A DNA stretch of 63,855 bases, filler included, from Chiloscyllium plagiosum (GCF_004010195.1; 3 parts of one record of this genome joined end to end with filler, not necessarily neighbours in it); one strand, 5' to 3'; shown: positions 1-13,415, counted from the first letter of the whole stretch. Numbers and translations: made by a program. The notes: generated by a model not told the origin, from the sequence alone.

Positions 1-432
1 TGGAGATGGAGAGGTCCATGAAGGGGAGGGAGGTGTCAGAGATGGTCCAGGTGAATTTAAGGTCAGGATGGAATGTGTTGATGAAGTTGGTGAACTGCTC
101 AACATCCTCGCGGGAGCACGAGGTGGCGCCAATGCAGTCATCAATGTAGCGGAGGAAGAGGTGGGGAGTGGTGCCAGTGTAACTACGGAAGATGGACTGT
201 TCTACGTAGCCAACAAAGAGACAGGCATAGCTGGGACCCATGCGGGTGCCCATGGCTACCCCTTTGGTCTGGAGGAAGTGGGAGGATTCGAAGGAGAAAT
301 TATTAAGGGTGAGAACCAGTTGAGCCAAACGAATGAGAGTGTCAGTGGAAGGGTACTGTTGGAGATGTCGGGAGAGGAAGAAACAGAGGGCTTGGAGGCC
401 CTGGTCATGGCGGATGGAGGTGTAGAGGGACA
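1..432 (-). mobile_element. Penelope-like element reverse transcriptase fragment (runs off the window edge)
   Basis: Minus-strand frame reads GVAMGTRMGPSYACLFVGYVE...LFLRYIDDCIG...FHPDLKFTW, the PLE RT core motifs. Confidence 0.85.
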
Positions 433-1275
433 AATGCCCTGCTTACACACTGTAGGGATTCTATGATTATCCAATAGAGGGACAAAACAAAATGTAATAC
501 AAGAAATAAGGGAAATAAATTGAAAAGTGGTGTATTAGTGAAAGATATCTCCCACCCTCTGTGTGCAGAAGTGCTTCCTAACATCTTCCCTGAACAATCT
601 GACCCTAACTCTCAGATTAAGCCCCATAATTCCAGAACCCCCAACCAATGAAAATAGTTTACTTTTTTCTAACTGGTCTTTTCCTGTTAATATCTTGAAG
701 ACTTTGATCAGATCACCCCTTAACTCTCTAAATTCTAGAGAAACAATTTGTACATTCTTTCCACATAACCAACTCCCCCCTGAAATCCACGTATGTAAAG
801 TTTTTCTTCAGGGAACCAGACCCATTGGCAGCTTATTCCAGGGGCATGTAGTGCATGTAAACGGAAAAAAGAACCACCTTTAGCAACTTGGAGACAATAA
901 ACCATTTTTCTGCTGATCTCACTTAGGAGAGAGTAACAAAACTGTCACCAAGGCCTCAGACAGAGGAAGACCTGTCAGCTTTATTCGAGTCCTCTATGAA
1001 GCTGTATTAATCTTGTTCTATGAAGAAGCTCAAAACTATATTAAGATAAGGGAACCTCGCTGAATACAAAGGAATGTAAGCAAACCATTAGTTTTGTCAA
1101 CCAACTTGTCAATAAGTTTTAAATATGTTGTTGAAAATATTTCAAGTTAATGATAGTAATCAGTCATTATTTTATGATTTTCTGAATCACTAATTGCTTT
1201 ATTATTTCACTGGCATGTATTGGTTACCTAGTACCATTGCAAGGTCAATAGAAAGATAAATCAGGTGTGATGGAG

Positions 1276-1575
1276 TCATACAGCACAGAAACAGACCCTT
1301 CGGCCCAACAAGTCCATACCCTCCAAAGAGTAACCTACCCAGACCCATTTAGCTCTGACTAATGTACCTAACACTATGGGCAGTTTAGTGTGGCCAATCC
1401 ACCTGACCTGCACATCTTTGGACTGTAGGAGGAAACCGGAGCACCCGGAGTAAACCCACACAGATACGGGGAGAATGTGCAAACTCCACACAGACAGTCA
1501 CCTGGGGCCAGAATCGAACCTGGGTGCCTGGTGCTGTGAGACAGCAGTGCTAACCACTGAGCCACTGTGCCACCC
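1276..1575 (-). mobile_element. tRNA-derived SINE (HE1/V-SINE-like)
   Basis: Reverse complement starts GTGGCTCAGTGGTTAGCAC (A box) with GGTTCGATTC (B box) and the core TGTGTGGAGTTTGCACATTCTCCCCG; CR1-like tail. Confidence 0.8.
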
Positions 1576-1589
1576 CTTTTGTGTGCATT

Positions 1590-2670
1590 TGGCCCACATC
1601 CCTTTAAACCTTTCCTATTCATGTACCTGTTCAAATGTCTTTTAAATGTTCTAAGAGTACCCGCCTTTACCATTTCCTCTGACAGCTTATTCCATACATG
1701 CACCACCCTCTGGGCAAAAACATTACCCCTCAGGTCCCTTTTAAATCTTTCCCCTCACACCTTAAACCTATGCACTGTTGAAGGGCTAATGCATGAAACG
1801 TCGATTCTCCTGGTCCTTGGATGCTGCCTGACTTGCTGCGCTTTTTCAGCATCACACTCTCCACTCTGATCTCCAGTATCTGCAGTCCTCACTTTCTCCT
1901 AGGGAAAAGACCTTGGCTATTCACTTTATTCTCTGCCTCTCATGATTTTAGAAACCTCAATGAAGTCACCCCTCAGTCTCCTATGCTCTGGGGAAAAAAA
2001 AGTCCCAGCCTATTGAGTCTCTCCTTATACCTCAAGCCCTCCAGTCTTTGTAAATCTTTTTTTTGCACCCTTTCTAGTTTAATACCATCCTTCCCATAGC
2101 AGGGTAACCAGAATTGTGCACAGTACTTCAAATGTGGCCTTACTACTGCCTTGTACAGCTATAACGTGATTTCCCAACTCCTGTACTCAGTGCTCTGACG
2201 GATGAAGGCCAGCGGACTAAACACTTTCTTCACCACCCTGTCTTCCTGTGACGCCACTTTCAAGGAACTATGTACCTGAAACTATGTACCCTATTTCAAC
2301 AACATTCACCAGGGGTCTCCCATAGACTGTGTAAGTCTTGCCCTGGTTTACCTGATCAAAATGCAACATCTCGCACTTATTTGAATCAAACTCCATCTGT
2401 CATTCCTCAGGCCACTGGTTCAGTTGAACAAGATCCCATTGTAATCTTAGATAACCTTCTTCACTGTCCTCTATGGCACCACTTTCGGTGTCATCCACAA
2501 ATGTACTAACCATGCCTCCTACATTCTCATCCAAATACTTTGTCCAAACGGCCAACAACAGTGGACCCAGCGCCTAAACCTGCAGCACACCACTAGGCAC
2601 AGGCCATCAGTCTGAACAACAACCCTCTATCACTGCCCTCCGTCTCCTACCATCAAGCCAACTTAGTATC
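1590..2670 (-). mobile_element. CR1 LINE 3' fragment, interrupted by a PLE terminal fragment at ~1775-1899
   Basis: C-terminal CR1 RT peptide (VWNKLSEEMV...FKRHL) and 3' UTR shared with many copies in the window. Confidence 0.8.
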
Positions 2671-2799
2671 TGTGATAGAATTCCTGATCAGCCAGGGTTG
2701 AAAATTTTAAACCATTTGTATCCAAGCTAATTATCACATGTTATGAAGAATTTCATGACCTTAAAGAGGGTGCAGAGAAGATTTACTGTAATGGTACCA

Positions 2800-4070
2800 G
2801 GGACACATTCCGCTCTGCAGAGAAAATGGAACATCTATCTCTGTCTTAAACACTCAATGTCTTGGCCTCCACAACCCTTTGCAGCAGTGAGTTCCACAGA
2901 TTCACCACCCTCTGGCATCTCTGTTCCCCTCTGAGGCTGAGTCCTCGGGCCTTCGTCTCTCTTAACCAGTGGAAACATCTTCTCCATGTTACTGCTTTCT
3001 CCAGGTCTCTCAATATTCAGTAAGTTTCAATCAGATCCCTCCTCATCCTTCTGAACTCCATTGAGTACAGACCCAGAGTCCTCAACCACTCCTCAAATGA
3101 CAAGCCCTTCATCTCCGGGATCATTCTTGTAAACCTCCCTTGGACCTGTCTCCAACACCAGCACATCCTGCCTTAGGTACAGGGCTAAAACTCTTCGCAA
3201 TATTCCAAATATAGTCTGAACAGAGCTGTACATCTCTGCTCATGTATTCTAGCCCTCTTGAAATGAAAGCTAACATTACATTCCTAATTGCCAACTAGAC
3301 CTGTATACAAATCTTAAGAGAATGCTGAACTTGGACTCCTAAGCTCCTTTGTGCTTCAGATTTCCAAAGTCTTTCCCCATTTAGAAAATAATCTATGCCT
3401 CTATTCTTCCTACTAAAGTGCATAACCCCACTTTTTCCCTCACTGTATTCCATGTGCCACTTCTTTGCCCACTCTCCCACCCTGTTCAAGTCCTTCTGTA
3501 ACCTCCCCGCTTTGTCAACACTCCCTGGACTTCCACCTATCTCAGTGTCATCTGTAAACTTAGCAACAACACCCTCCGATCCTTCCTCCAGATTGTTTAT
3601 GTATAACATGAATAGTTGTGGTCCCAACACTGAGCCCTGTGGAAGTCATTGGCTGCCATCCTGAAAAAGACTCCTTTATTCCCACTCTCTGCTTCTGCCA
3701 GCCAGTCAGTCCTCTATCCATGCCAGGGCCTTGCCCCAAACACCATGGATTCTTATCTTATTTGGCAGTCTCCTGTGTGACACCTTGTTAAAGGCCTTCT
3801 GCAAATCCAAATAGATCACATTCATAGGCTCTCCTTGTCTAATCTGCTTGATACCTCCTCAAAGAATTCTAACAGATTTGTCAGGCATGTCCTCCCCTTG
3901 ACAAAGCTTTGCTGACTCAGCCTTATTTTTACTACACACTTCCAAGTACTCCACAACCCCATCCTTAATAATGGACTCTAACATCTTACCAATGATAGAT
4001 GTCAAGCTGACCAACCTACAGATTCCTGTCTTCTGCCTCCCTCTGTTCTGAACACTTTCCAAGTCCAGTG
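2800..4070 (-). mobile_element. Degenerate CR1 LINE ORF2 fragment
   Basis: ORF 3295-3630 carries LGPQLF...KFTDDT...LQKDL...W..KW RT motifs. Confidence 0.8.
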
Positions 4071-4101
4071 ATCTTTGATGAAGGGTCACTTGTATATTAT
4101 A

Positions 4102-4319
4102 ATTTGGAGATGCCGGTGTTGGACTGGGGTGTACAAAGTTAAAAATCACACAACACCAGGTTATAGTCCAACGGGTTTAATTGGAAGCACTAGCTTTCGG
4201 AGCGACGCTCCTTCATCAGGTGATTGAGAATCACCTGATGAAGGAGCGTCGCTCCGAAAGCTAGTGCTTCCAATTAAACCTGTTGGACCATAACCTGGTG
4301 TTGTGTGATTTTTAACTTG
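4102..4319. mobile_element. Fold-back PLE-terminus insertion (90-bp inverted arms) with 10-bp TSD
   Basis: Arms 4136-4225 and 4229-4318 (2 mismatches, 3-nt loop); GTATATTATA duplicated at 4092-4101 and 4320-4329. Confidence 0.85.
4232..4266 (+). ncRNA. Minimal type I hammerhead ribozyme motif (mirror copy on minus strand at 4188-4222)
   Basis: CAC-CTGATGA-A-GGAGC-GTC-GCTCC-GAA-AGCT-A-GTG: intact core, stem I CAC/GTG, stem II GGAGC/GCTCC, palindromic stem III AGCT; predicted cleavage after A4263. Confidence 0.75.
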
Positions 4320-6360
4320 GTATATTATATGCATTGATGTGAATTTGGGTAAGGACAATAGATTTTCTTCCCTAAAGGGCATTCATGAAGCGGATGGGAT
4401 TTTATAGCAATCAACAAATAGTTACATGGTCACCACTGAACTTGCTTTTCATTTGATTTTCATTGAATTCCTGTTTCACTCTCTGTCATAGTGGGATTTC
4501 AACCCATTTTGGCAGAACATTAACGCAGGCTCTGGATCACTAATCCAGTGACATCACCACCATGCCACCAGTTTACAGCAGCTTGTTGATGGCAATATTT
4601 AAATCCTAAATCCAGGGCGATCCATTTAATTTTCAGACACCAATGTTAATGAGCAAGCCAGAATAAACTGGGGTAATGCAATAATATACACTGCCCTCAC
4701 TAATACTGCAATGGAGGTAAAGCAGAGTAATGGAACTTTCACTATGCATCTAATCAGACAACCTTAGACTCTTCAATAGAAACATCGTGCACAAAGTAGA
4801 GATTTTATTCTTCAGTAAAGTTATTTTAACAAATTTCTAAGAGCAAGAATGGAATGGCTTGGACCCTGACCACTCCAGCTTCCTATCTGATTGTTAGTAG
4901 AATATATTTTCCTCCAGTTGTTGATCTGAATGAGAAAGTGTGCAGCGATCAGAGGAAGGTCTATACATAATGTGTGACAAAATAGGATGATTTTGTATCT
5001 TTTTAACGGAGAGCTCCAGAAAAGAGCTGAAAACCATTGTATAGTGTGAGATTTATGACATTATCATGTAATGACTGCTGGAAAGCAGCATTATATTTTA
5101 GTTTTTAGTGTTTCTGTAGCATGAAAAAGAGTTAGGAGTGTGTTTTAACTGTAACAAACAAGCTGTAAAAGAAACTCACAAATTGAGATTTGTCCCAGTT
5201 TGTTATGCAGTTTTGCATGGCTTTGAGACACACTTCATTGCAAATTACATTCAAGAAGGCCTCATTGCATATCTGCAATAACAGAATCTTTTGTTCCAAA
5301 AGTGATCTCATGCCTGGACTAAATTGCTGTATCTTGGTCTTGTGAACTGTAAGAAAATATCCTAAAAGCATTATGTTGCCAAACAATATTGCTTTCTTTT
5401 ACTATCATAGAGTTTCCATTGTGTAAAATATAATTCCTGCTGTTTTTCATTCAATTGTGATTTTAAAATGGACATACCACAAATAAATTTAGTTTACAGT
5501 GAATTAACTTGTCATGATCTTATATATTTCTCAGCTGCACATCAACAACTAACACTAATGCTTGTAAAACATATTTGTGATCAGATTTCTGAAAGATGCA
5601 ATATTCAAGGAATAATATTTTGAGCATTGTGGTGAAGACATAATTCTATCACAGTTTCTGCAGAAAACATACTGATGGCTTTAAAGCAGATTTGGGGTTC
5701 TATCCCTATTGATTCATTATTTGTAGCATTATTATATAGTGTTATGCCTGTGTGAATATGATATTGTTTACCAATTAGTTTACAGAACTACAGAACAAGT
5801 CTGGACAATGCTGCGCCAGATCCCCAGATTATCTCAACAGTGCCTTTTTGGATTTTCTGACCATTTGATTCAGTCAGGGCAACCACCCATTTTATTTTAC
5901 ATTTTATCATCCAACACTTCCAAAACATACAAATCTTAATTTTCCTGTGTGTTCCTGAATAATATTTGCAACCTAACAGATACACAAAAGTGCAATAATT
6001 AAGGAATCCGCTCATTTTAACATCCTACTCTTCATTTGCTTCAACACCAATGACTTCTGGTGACTGACCCATGCCCTCGCTAATCCTCACACACGACAAC
6101 GTGAAAAAGTACTTCGTGAACAGTAAATGATTCTGATGATGTATTATGTAAAGTCTTTGGATTTAGGTATATATTCCTGACATATCAAGAGTGGCTTTGG
6201 GTATAAACGTATATGATTCATTTAAGTCTGTATCCTTATAAATACATAAAGGCAAAATAAGACAAGAAACAGAAGCAGACATCAAGTCTGTTCTGCCATT
6301 CAGTGAGATCATGGCTGTTCTGGTAAACTTTAACCCCAATTTCCTGCCTTTTCCCCTTTT

Positions 6361-6706
6361 AGGGGTGACTTGATAGAGGTGTATAAGATGATTAGGGGTT
6401 TAGATAGGGTCGACAGTGAGAACCTTTTGCCACGTATGGAGTCAGCTATTACAAGGGGGCATAGCTTTAAATTAAGGGGTGGTAGGTATAGGACAGATGT
6501 TAGGGGTAGGTTCTTTACTCAGCGAGTCGTGAGTTCATGGAATGCCCTGCCAGTAGCAGTTGTGGACTCTCCCTCATTATGGGCATTTAAGCGGGCATTG
6601 GATAGGCATATGGAGGATAGTGGGCTAGTGTAGGTTAGGTGGGCTTGGATCGGCGCAACATCGAGGGCCAAAGGGCCTGTACTGCGCTGTATTCTTCTAT
6701 GTTCTA
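6361..6706 (+). mobile_element. 5'-truncated CR1 3' end
   Basis: RGDLIEVYKMIRG...FFTQRVV..WNALP peptide and (TTCTATG)n tail. Confidence 0.85.
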
Positions 6707-6974
6707 TTAACCCTTGATTCTCTTACTCATTAAGAATCTGTCTCTCTTAGCCTTCAGTATTGTTAATGACCCAGCCTTTACAGCCCTCTGTAGTAAATAA
6801 ATTCCACAGATTCACTACATTCAAAGAGAAGAAATTCCTCCCCATCTCTGTCCTAAATAGATGATGCTTTGCTTTGAGATTACACCCTCCGGTCCTGGAC
6901 TCTCCCACAAGGGGAAACAATTTTCTGCACCTACCCTGTCAAGTCCCCCAAAACTCTTGAATGTTTCAACAAGG

Positions 6975-9570
6975 ACACCTCTGTACCTGGACACTGAGAT
7001 CGCTCAGCTCATCTACACTACCAAGAATCTTACCATTAGCCCAGTACTCTGCATTCCTGTTACTCCTTCCAAAGTGAATCTTTACTGCATTAAACTCCAT
7101 TTGCCACCTCTCAGCCCAGCTCTGCAGCTTATCTATGTCACTCTGTAACCTACAAAATCCTTCAGCACTATCCACAACTGTACTAACCTTAGTGCCGTCC
7201 ACAAATTTACTGACCCATCCTTCTATGCCTTCATCCAGGTCGTTCATAAAAACGACAAACAGCAGTGGCCCGAAAACAGATCCTTGTGGTACACCACTAG
7301 TAACTATACTCCAGGATGAACATTTCCCATCAACCACCACCTTCTGTCTTCTTTCAGCTAGCCAATTTCTGATCCAAACCACTAAATCACCCTCAATCCC
7401 ACACCTCCATATTTTGTGCAGTAGACTACCATGGGGAACCTTATCAAACACCTTACTGAAATTCATATACATCACATCAATGCCTTTACCCTCATTCATC
7501 TGTTTGATCATCTTCTCAAAGAGCTCAACATTTGTGAGGCGAGACCTACCCTTCAGGAAACCATGTTGACTATCCCTAATCAACTTATTCCTTTCCAGAT
7601 GGTTATGAATCCTATCTCTTATAACCTTTTCCAAACCTTAACCCACAACCAAAGTAAGGCTCACTGGTCTATAATTACCAGGGTTGTCTGTACTCCTTGA
7701 ACAAAGGGACAACATTTGCCATCCTCCAGTCTTCTGCTATTATTCCTGTAGACAATGATGTCAAAAAGATCAAAGCCAAAGGCTTGGCAATCTCCTCCGA
7801 CTTCCCAGAGAATCCTAGGATAAATCCCATCTGGCCCAGGGGACTTATCTATTTTCTCACTTTCCAGAATTGCTAACACCTCCTCCTTGTGAACTTCAAT
7901 CCTGTCTAGTCTAGTAGCCTGTATCTCAGTATTCTCGACAACATTGTCTTTTTCCAGTGTGAATACTGACGAAAAATATTCATTTAACACTTCCTCTAAC
8001 TCCACACACAACTTCCCACTACTGTCCTTGATTGGCCCTAATCTTACTCGAGTCATTTTTTTTTTATCCCTTATACACCTAAAGAAAGCTTTCAGGTTTT
8101 CCTTGATCCTATCCGCCAACGACTTCTCATGTCTCCTCCTCGCTTGTCTTAGCTCTCTCTTTAGGTCTTTCCTAGCTACCTTGTAACTCTCAATCGCCCT
8201 AACTGAGCCTTCACATTTCATTCTAACATTAGCTTTCTTCTTCCTCTTGACAAGAGATTAAATTTCCTTAGTAAACCACGGCTCCCTCACTCCACCACTT
8301 ACTCCCTAACTACCTTACCAAGGACACGCAGTAGCTGTTTCTTGAATAAGCTCCACATTTCAATTGTGCCCATTCCCTGCAGTTTCCTTTCCCCATCCTA
8401 TGCATCCTACATTTTGTCTAATTGCATCATAATTGCCTTTCCCCCTGCTGTAGCTCTTGCCCTCTAGTGTATACCAATCCCTTTCCATTGCTAAAGTAAG
8501 CATAACCAAATTGTGGATACTATCACCAAAGTGCTCACCAACCTCCAAATCTACCAGCTAGCTGGGTTCATTCCTCAGCATCAAATCTAATGTGGCCTTG
8601 CCCCTTGTTAGCCTGTCTATGTACTGTGTCAGGAAACCCTCCTGCACACAATGGACAAAAACTGACCCATCTAAAGTACTTAAACTATAGTATTCCCAGT
8701 TAATATTTAGAAAGTTAAAGACCATAACAACTACCCCATCACACTCGCTCCTATCAAGAATCATCTTTGCTATCCTTTCCTCTACATCTCTGGAACTATT
8801 TGGAGGCTTATAGAAAACTCCCAACAGGGTGACCTCTCCTGTTTCTAATCGCAGCCCATACTACCTCAAATGTCCTTTCTGCACTGTAATACTGTCCTTG
8901 ACTAACAATGCCACACGCCCACCTCTTTTTACCATCTTCTCTGTTCATACTGAAACATCTAAATCCTGGAACCTGCAACAACCATTCCTGTCCCTGCTCT
9001 ACCCATGTCTCTGAAATGGCCACAACATTGAAATCCCAGGTACCGACGCATGCTGCAGGTTCACCCACTTTATTCCAGATGCTTCTGGCGTTGAAGTAGA
9101 CACACTTCAAACCAACTTCTTACATGCCGGTGCCCTCTTGTGACCCTGAAATCTTAATTTGGACCTCCCTACTCTCAACCTCCTCTATACTTGAACTACA
9201 ATTTAGTTCCCCCCCGCCCGCTGAATTAGCTTAAACCCACCCACCCCAGATATTGGTACCCCTCTGGTTCAGGTGAAGACCATCCTGTTTGTAGAGATCC
9301 CACCTACCCCAGAAAGAGCCCCAGTTTTCCAGGAATCCAAACCCCTCCCTCCTGCACCATCCCCGTAGCCACGTGTTCAATCATCTCTCTCCCTATCCTT
9401 AGCTCCCTGAATTTCTGCCTTAAATCCCCATTGCTCTTCCTATGCCATTGGTGCTTTTGTGGACCACAACTTGGGGCTGCTCCCCCTTACCCACAAGGAT
9501 CCCGAAAACACGATCAGAGACATCACAAATCCTGGCACCTGGGAGGCGACACACCAACCGTGAGTCTCTC
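6975..9570 (-). mobile_element. CR1 LINE: ORF1 esterase remnant plus frameshifted endonuclease/RT
   Basis: ORFs 8808-9110 (YFNARS, ISETW), 7661-8221 (KSPGPDGIYP) and 6966-7634 (QHGF, FDKVPH, SGVPQGS). Confidence 0.9.
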
Positions 9571-9694
9571 TTATTTATAAAGCAGAGGATCCTGTACGCA
9601 TTTTAAACCATTTGCTTAAACTGCCCTGATGCCTTTAATGATTTGCGCACAAACTCCTGGGCCTTTGTGTCTAATTTCTGCAGCCTTGAGGAAG

Positions 9695-9975
9695 TCACGG
9701 TACAGCTGTTAGCACTGCTGCCTCACAGTGCCAGGAACCCTCAGGCAACTGTGTGCAGTTGCACATTCTCCCCGTGTCTTCGCGGGTGTCCTCAGGTGGA
9801 TTGGCTATGCTAAATTGCCCATGGTGTTCAGGGATGTGTCGGCTAGATGCATTAGTTAGGGGTAAATATTGAGTACTAGGACCTGGGAATGTGTTTGGGT
9901 GGGATACTCTTTGGAGGGTCAGTGTTTTGTTGGGCCGAAGGGCCTGTTTCCATATTGTAGGGATTCTATGATTCA
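9695..9975 (+). mobile_element. tRNA-derived SINE (HE1-like), internally deleted
   Basis: GTTAGCACTGCTGCCTCACAG head, V-like core, GGGCCGAAGGGCCTGTTTCC...ATTCTATG tail. Confidence 0.7.
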
Positions 9976-9979
9976 TTGA

Positions 9980-10330
9980 CATCTATGCGGCCCAGCCCCT
10001 CGCTTGAAGAGGGAGCACCTCAACATATGCGGGCAATGCAGCCTCACATTCTTGATGTTTGGGCTGGACAGTTCAGGAGATCAGATGGTGGAACTGCTTT
10101 TGGGCTTGGCCAATGTGGCTGTTAACAAACAGGTATCGGAAGGGGTTTGTTTAGATCTGAAGTGCCTTTTTGTTTGTGCTGCAGATCTCTATGATTCTAT
10201 GACTGCCTGCCTCTCTTTCATGGTTATGTCCACACTCAGGTTTTCTTGGAGTGTTTGCTATCAGGCTTGAGGCCTTCCATTATCAGTGGGAACTGCTGGG
10301 ATTGAAGGGTATCATCTCCTTCGCCAAAAC
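9980..10330 (+). mobile_element. Possible Tx1/L1-like LINE C-terminal remnant
   Basis: Peptide ELLLGLANVAVNK resembles the recalled LLLGLAKLAI motif of Tx1-type ORF2 C-termini; heavily decayed. Confidence 0.35.
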
Positions 10331-10703
10331 CAATTTTCAACTTAATTTCACATTTGCAGTTAAGTTTCAATTTCTAGTAAGGAAATGTGTAACCTTCTGT
10401 TAATGTGCCCATTTAATGTGCAACCATTAACTAATTGAATTTTTTCTCAAAAATAATATATTCCTGAGCCCTCTGTTCAGTACTCCTTTTAGAATTTTGT
10501 CCACTCATCTTTTCTTACCAAAGTGTGTCATATCACGCTTTGCTTTATTAACTCTATCCTTTCCACCTGCCCATGTTTTCTTCAAGTCTATCACTACCCC
10601 TCCACGTCGTCTAATTTTCCAACCTTTATGTTGTAGAAGATCTCACTATTTTTCTTTTATTTTTCTTGTTTTGTTTTGCTCTGGATCTGAGAGTTGAGGT
10701 CAA

Positions 10704-11024
10704 GAGACAAAAACAGAAGTTGCTGGAAAAGCTCAGCAGGTCTGGCAGCATCTGTGGAGAGAAATCAGAATTAACGTTTCGGGTCCGTTGACTGGAGTTC
10801 TGAGAAAGGGTCAGTTGATTTGAAATGTTAACTCTGATTTCTCTCCACAGATACTGCCAGACCTGCTGAGCTTTTCCAGCAATTTATGAATGGGGCTGGG
10901 TGAGTTACTCTCCGGAGGGTCAGCGTGAACTTGTTGGGCCGAAGAGCCTGTTTCCACTCTGGAGGGATCAGAATTCTAATTGTTTTGTTTCCGATTTACA
11001 GCACCTGCAGTTCTTTCAGTTTTT
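10704..11024. mobile_element. Fold-back PLE-terminus insertion (separate family) with 11-bp TSD and nested SINE tail (~10886-10980)
   Basis: Inverted arms ~10720-10780 and ~10822-10882; GTTGAGGTCAA at 10693-10703 and 11025-11035; degenerate hammerhead (CTGAGAAAGGGTC...TGAAATGTT) at the turn. Confidence 0.75.
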
Positions 11025-11169
11025 GTTGAGGTCAATGGTTGTACTTTGAACAAAAGCTTGTTTAACAAAGAGAAGAGAGACAGATTTTTGCTCCTGGAAG
11101 ATAATGCAACTTAATTACGGTTTTAAGGGCACTAGATGAATCAGCACTGAGCTGTGTAAAAAACTTGGC

Positions 11170-11915
11170 TAACTACCCCCCTCATCTTAAAACTATGCCA
11201 CCTACTATTTGACATGTTTTTTCTCGCAGGGGAAGACTCTAACAACGCATCCTGTCCATGCCCCTCATAATTTTATATATTTCTAGCATGTCGCCCCTCA
11301 GCCTCCAATGCTGTAACAAAAAAAATCCAAGTTTGTCCAACCTATTCTTGTAGCTCATGCACTCCAATCCAGCTTAAACCTCTATTGCACCTTCTCCAAA
11401 ACCTCCATATCTTTCCTATTTCATGGAGACCAGCTCTACAAACCATCCTCCAAATGTGGCTTTGTTAACATTTTATATAGTTGCAATATGACTGCCAACT
11501 TATGTACTCAATGCCCCAATCAATGAAGGCAAGCATGCCGTATGCCTTCTTTACTGTCTAATCCACTTGTGTGCCACTTCCAGGGAACTATGGGCTTGCG
11601 CCCCAAGATCCCTCTGTATTTCTATGCTCCTAAGGGTCCTGCCATTTACTGTATACTTTTCTCATGCATTTGACCTCCCAAAATGCATCACCTCTCACTT
11701 ATCTGGATTAAACTCAATCTGCCATTTCTCTGCCCAACTTTCCAAGTGATCTATATCCTGCTGTATCCTTATCAACCTTCCCGACTATCCACAATTTACA
11801 ATTTTCATGTTGTTTACACTTACTAATCAGACCATTTCCATCCAAATCATTTACATATCTTACAAACCAGAGGTCCCAGTATTGATCTTCACTAAACACT
11901 ACTGGTCACAGACCT
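11170..11915 (-). mobile_element. Degenerate CR1 3' fragment
   Basis: Nucleotide similarity to the other minus-strand CR1 copies (e.g. 1590-2670). Confidence 0.7.
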
Positions 11916-12055
11916 CCACAATTACAGTCTCTCTAATGACCTTCATTAGTACTTCTTCAGTTATAAAGATAAAGGTTGTGAATGGTACTATACAAATGTA
12001 AGTCTTTGTAGTTTCATAATTGCTTTATGATATATTGGATATTTATTCAGTTTTG

Positions 12056-12180
12056 GAGAAAGTGAGGACTGCAGATGCTGGAGATCAGAGCTGAAAAATG
12101 TGTTGCTGAAAAAGCGCAGCAGGTCAGGCAGCATCCAAGAAGCAGGAGAATCGACGTTTCGGGCATAAGCCCTTCTTCAG
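12056..12180 (-). mobile_element. Solo PLE terminal fragment with hammerhead core at 12151-12180
   Basis: Reverse complement begins CTGAAGA-A-GGGC-TTAT-GCCC-GAA-ACGT-C-GA; TTCAGTTTTG duplicated at 12046-12055 and 12176-12185. Confidence 0.8.
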
Positions 12181-13218
12181 TTTTGACAACCTACAATTAT
12201 GCTTGGAGTTGCTAAATGGAGTAGGTTTATGCAGGAAATGCAACTGACATCCAGCCTAGTTTCAGAAAGGTTTGAACAAGTTTTCACCTGTGTCATTCCC
12301 CTCCCTCCCCCCCTTAAAAAGAAATTTGAGACAGAAACATTCTGTTTCTTCCAAGTACGGAGCTAATTAATGGATTAGTTGTTATTTAGAAAATAAAAGG
12401 GACAGAGCCCTTTATTATCTCACTAAAACTGCAGCACCTAAAGTTCTGGAATGTTGTCAGCTGGGGGAATAAACTGGCCTATTTTAGAGTCGTAAAGACA
12501 CATTTAATCCCCAATTACTACTAAGTTAGTTGATTTCAGCTGAAGCAGCAATTTAGATCCCAATATCAATTAAAATACAATCAGCCCTTTTGTAAAAGAT
12601 GCTTTATTTTTTATACATGTGCTGAATGAAACAAAATGTGTAAACAAAATTCAAATAGGTCCATTGCAACGACAACACGAGTTCCAATCATTCATTATTA
12701 CTGCTGCATGGCTACAAGAGAGAAAAAAAGATCAGTAATAATCAATGTTCTGTCACAATGCTTTAACATACTGTAAACCCTCTCTCAATAACACAGTTAT
12801 AAACAGCACTGAAAACTATTCTCTGTCCCCTTTACTAAGGAAGAATTCTCCCTCCCGACAAAACACACGCCTATCATGCAGTAATTCCCATCAGCTTTCA
12901 AAACACACAGTGTAAAGAACATATAGCTGCTTTGTACTAAGTTCAGAGCCATCCATCAGCATAAAGGGGTCTTGCTGATTACTGGCGCCAATGTTTCACA
13001 TTTCATCGATGGCCAGATTGAAATGGAATCCTTTACACCCAGTATTGTAGGGATCAACAACAAAACTCCAATTAGAACACTGACGTCTGGAGGAGGAAAG
13101 GCCCTGGTATCTCTGTGGCTCACATTGCCACCAGACCTTTGAAGTGCAATGGTAAATTAAAACTCAGACTCCACCAACAAGTGGACTAAATAATCCAAGA
13201 ACACAATTTCAATAGTAA

Positions 13219-13415
13219 AGGAGTTCTCATAGTGCCCTGGCCAATTAGCTAACTAAATCAACAGATTCTTTGGTCTTTATTGCATTGTTGTGTGCAGATT
13301 AGCTACCAAGTCATAATGTTACAAGATTTACTAAATTCAAAAAAATACTTTGGTTATCAAGTACTTTGGTACACTCAGAAGCTTTGAAAGGTGTTACATA
13401 AATGCCAAGTTCTTT
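13219..13415 (+). mobile_element. Ancient DeuSINE-like (SacSINE1/AmnSINE1-type) 3' portion
   Basis: GGAGTTCTC...CCTGGCCAAT and TGAAAGGTGTTACATAAATGCCAAGT resemble the recalled Deu-domain and tail consensus. Confidence 0.5.

Noticed and set aside
1500..1575. tRNA gene (A and B boxes)
   Set aside because: It is a SINE head; no complete cloverleaf, and it continues into the SINE core.
12600..13100. Possible antisense gene 3' UTR (TTTATT signal, unique-looking sequence); similar stretch at 41500-41950
   Set aside because: No supporting ORF or splice structure; more likely old L1/Tx1-like 3' ends, and not resolvable by eye.
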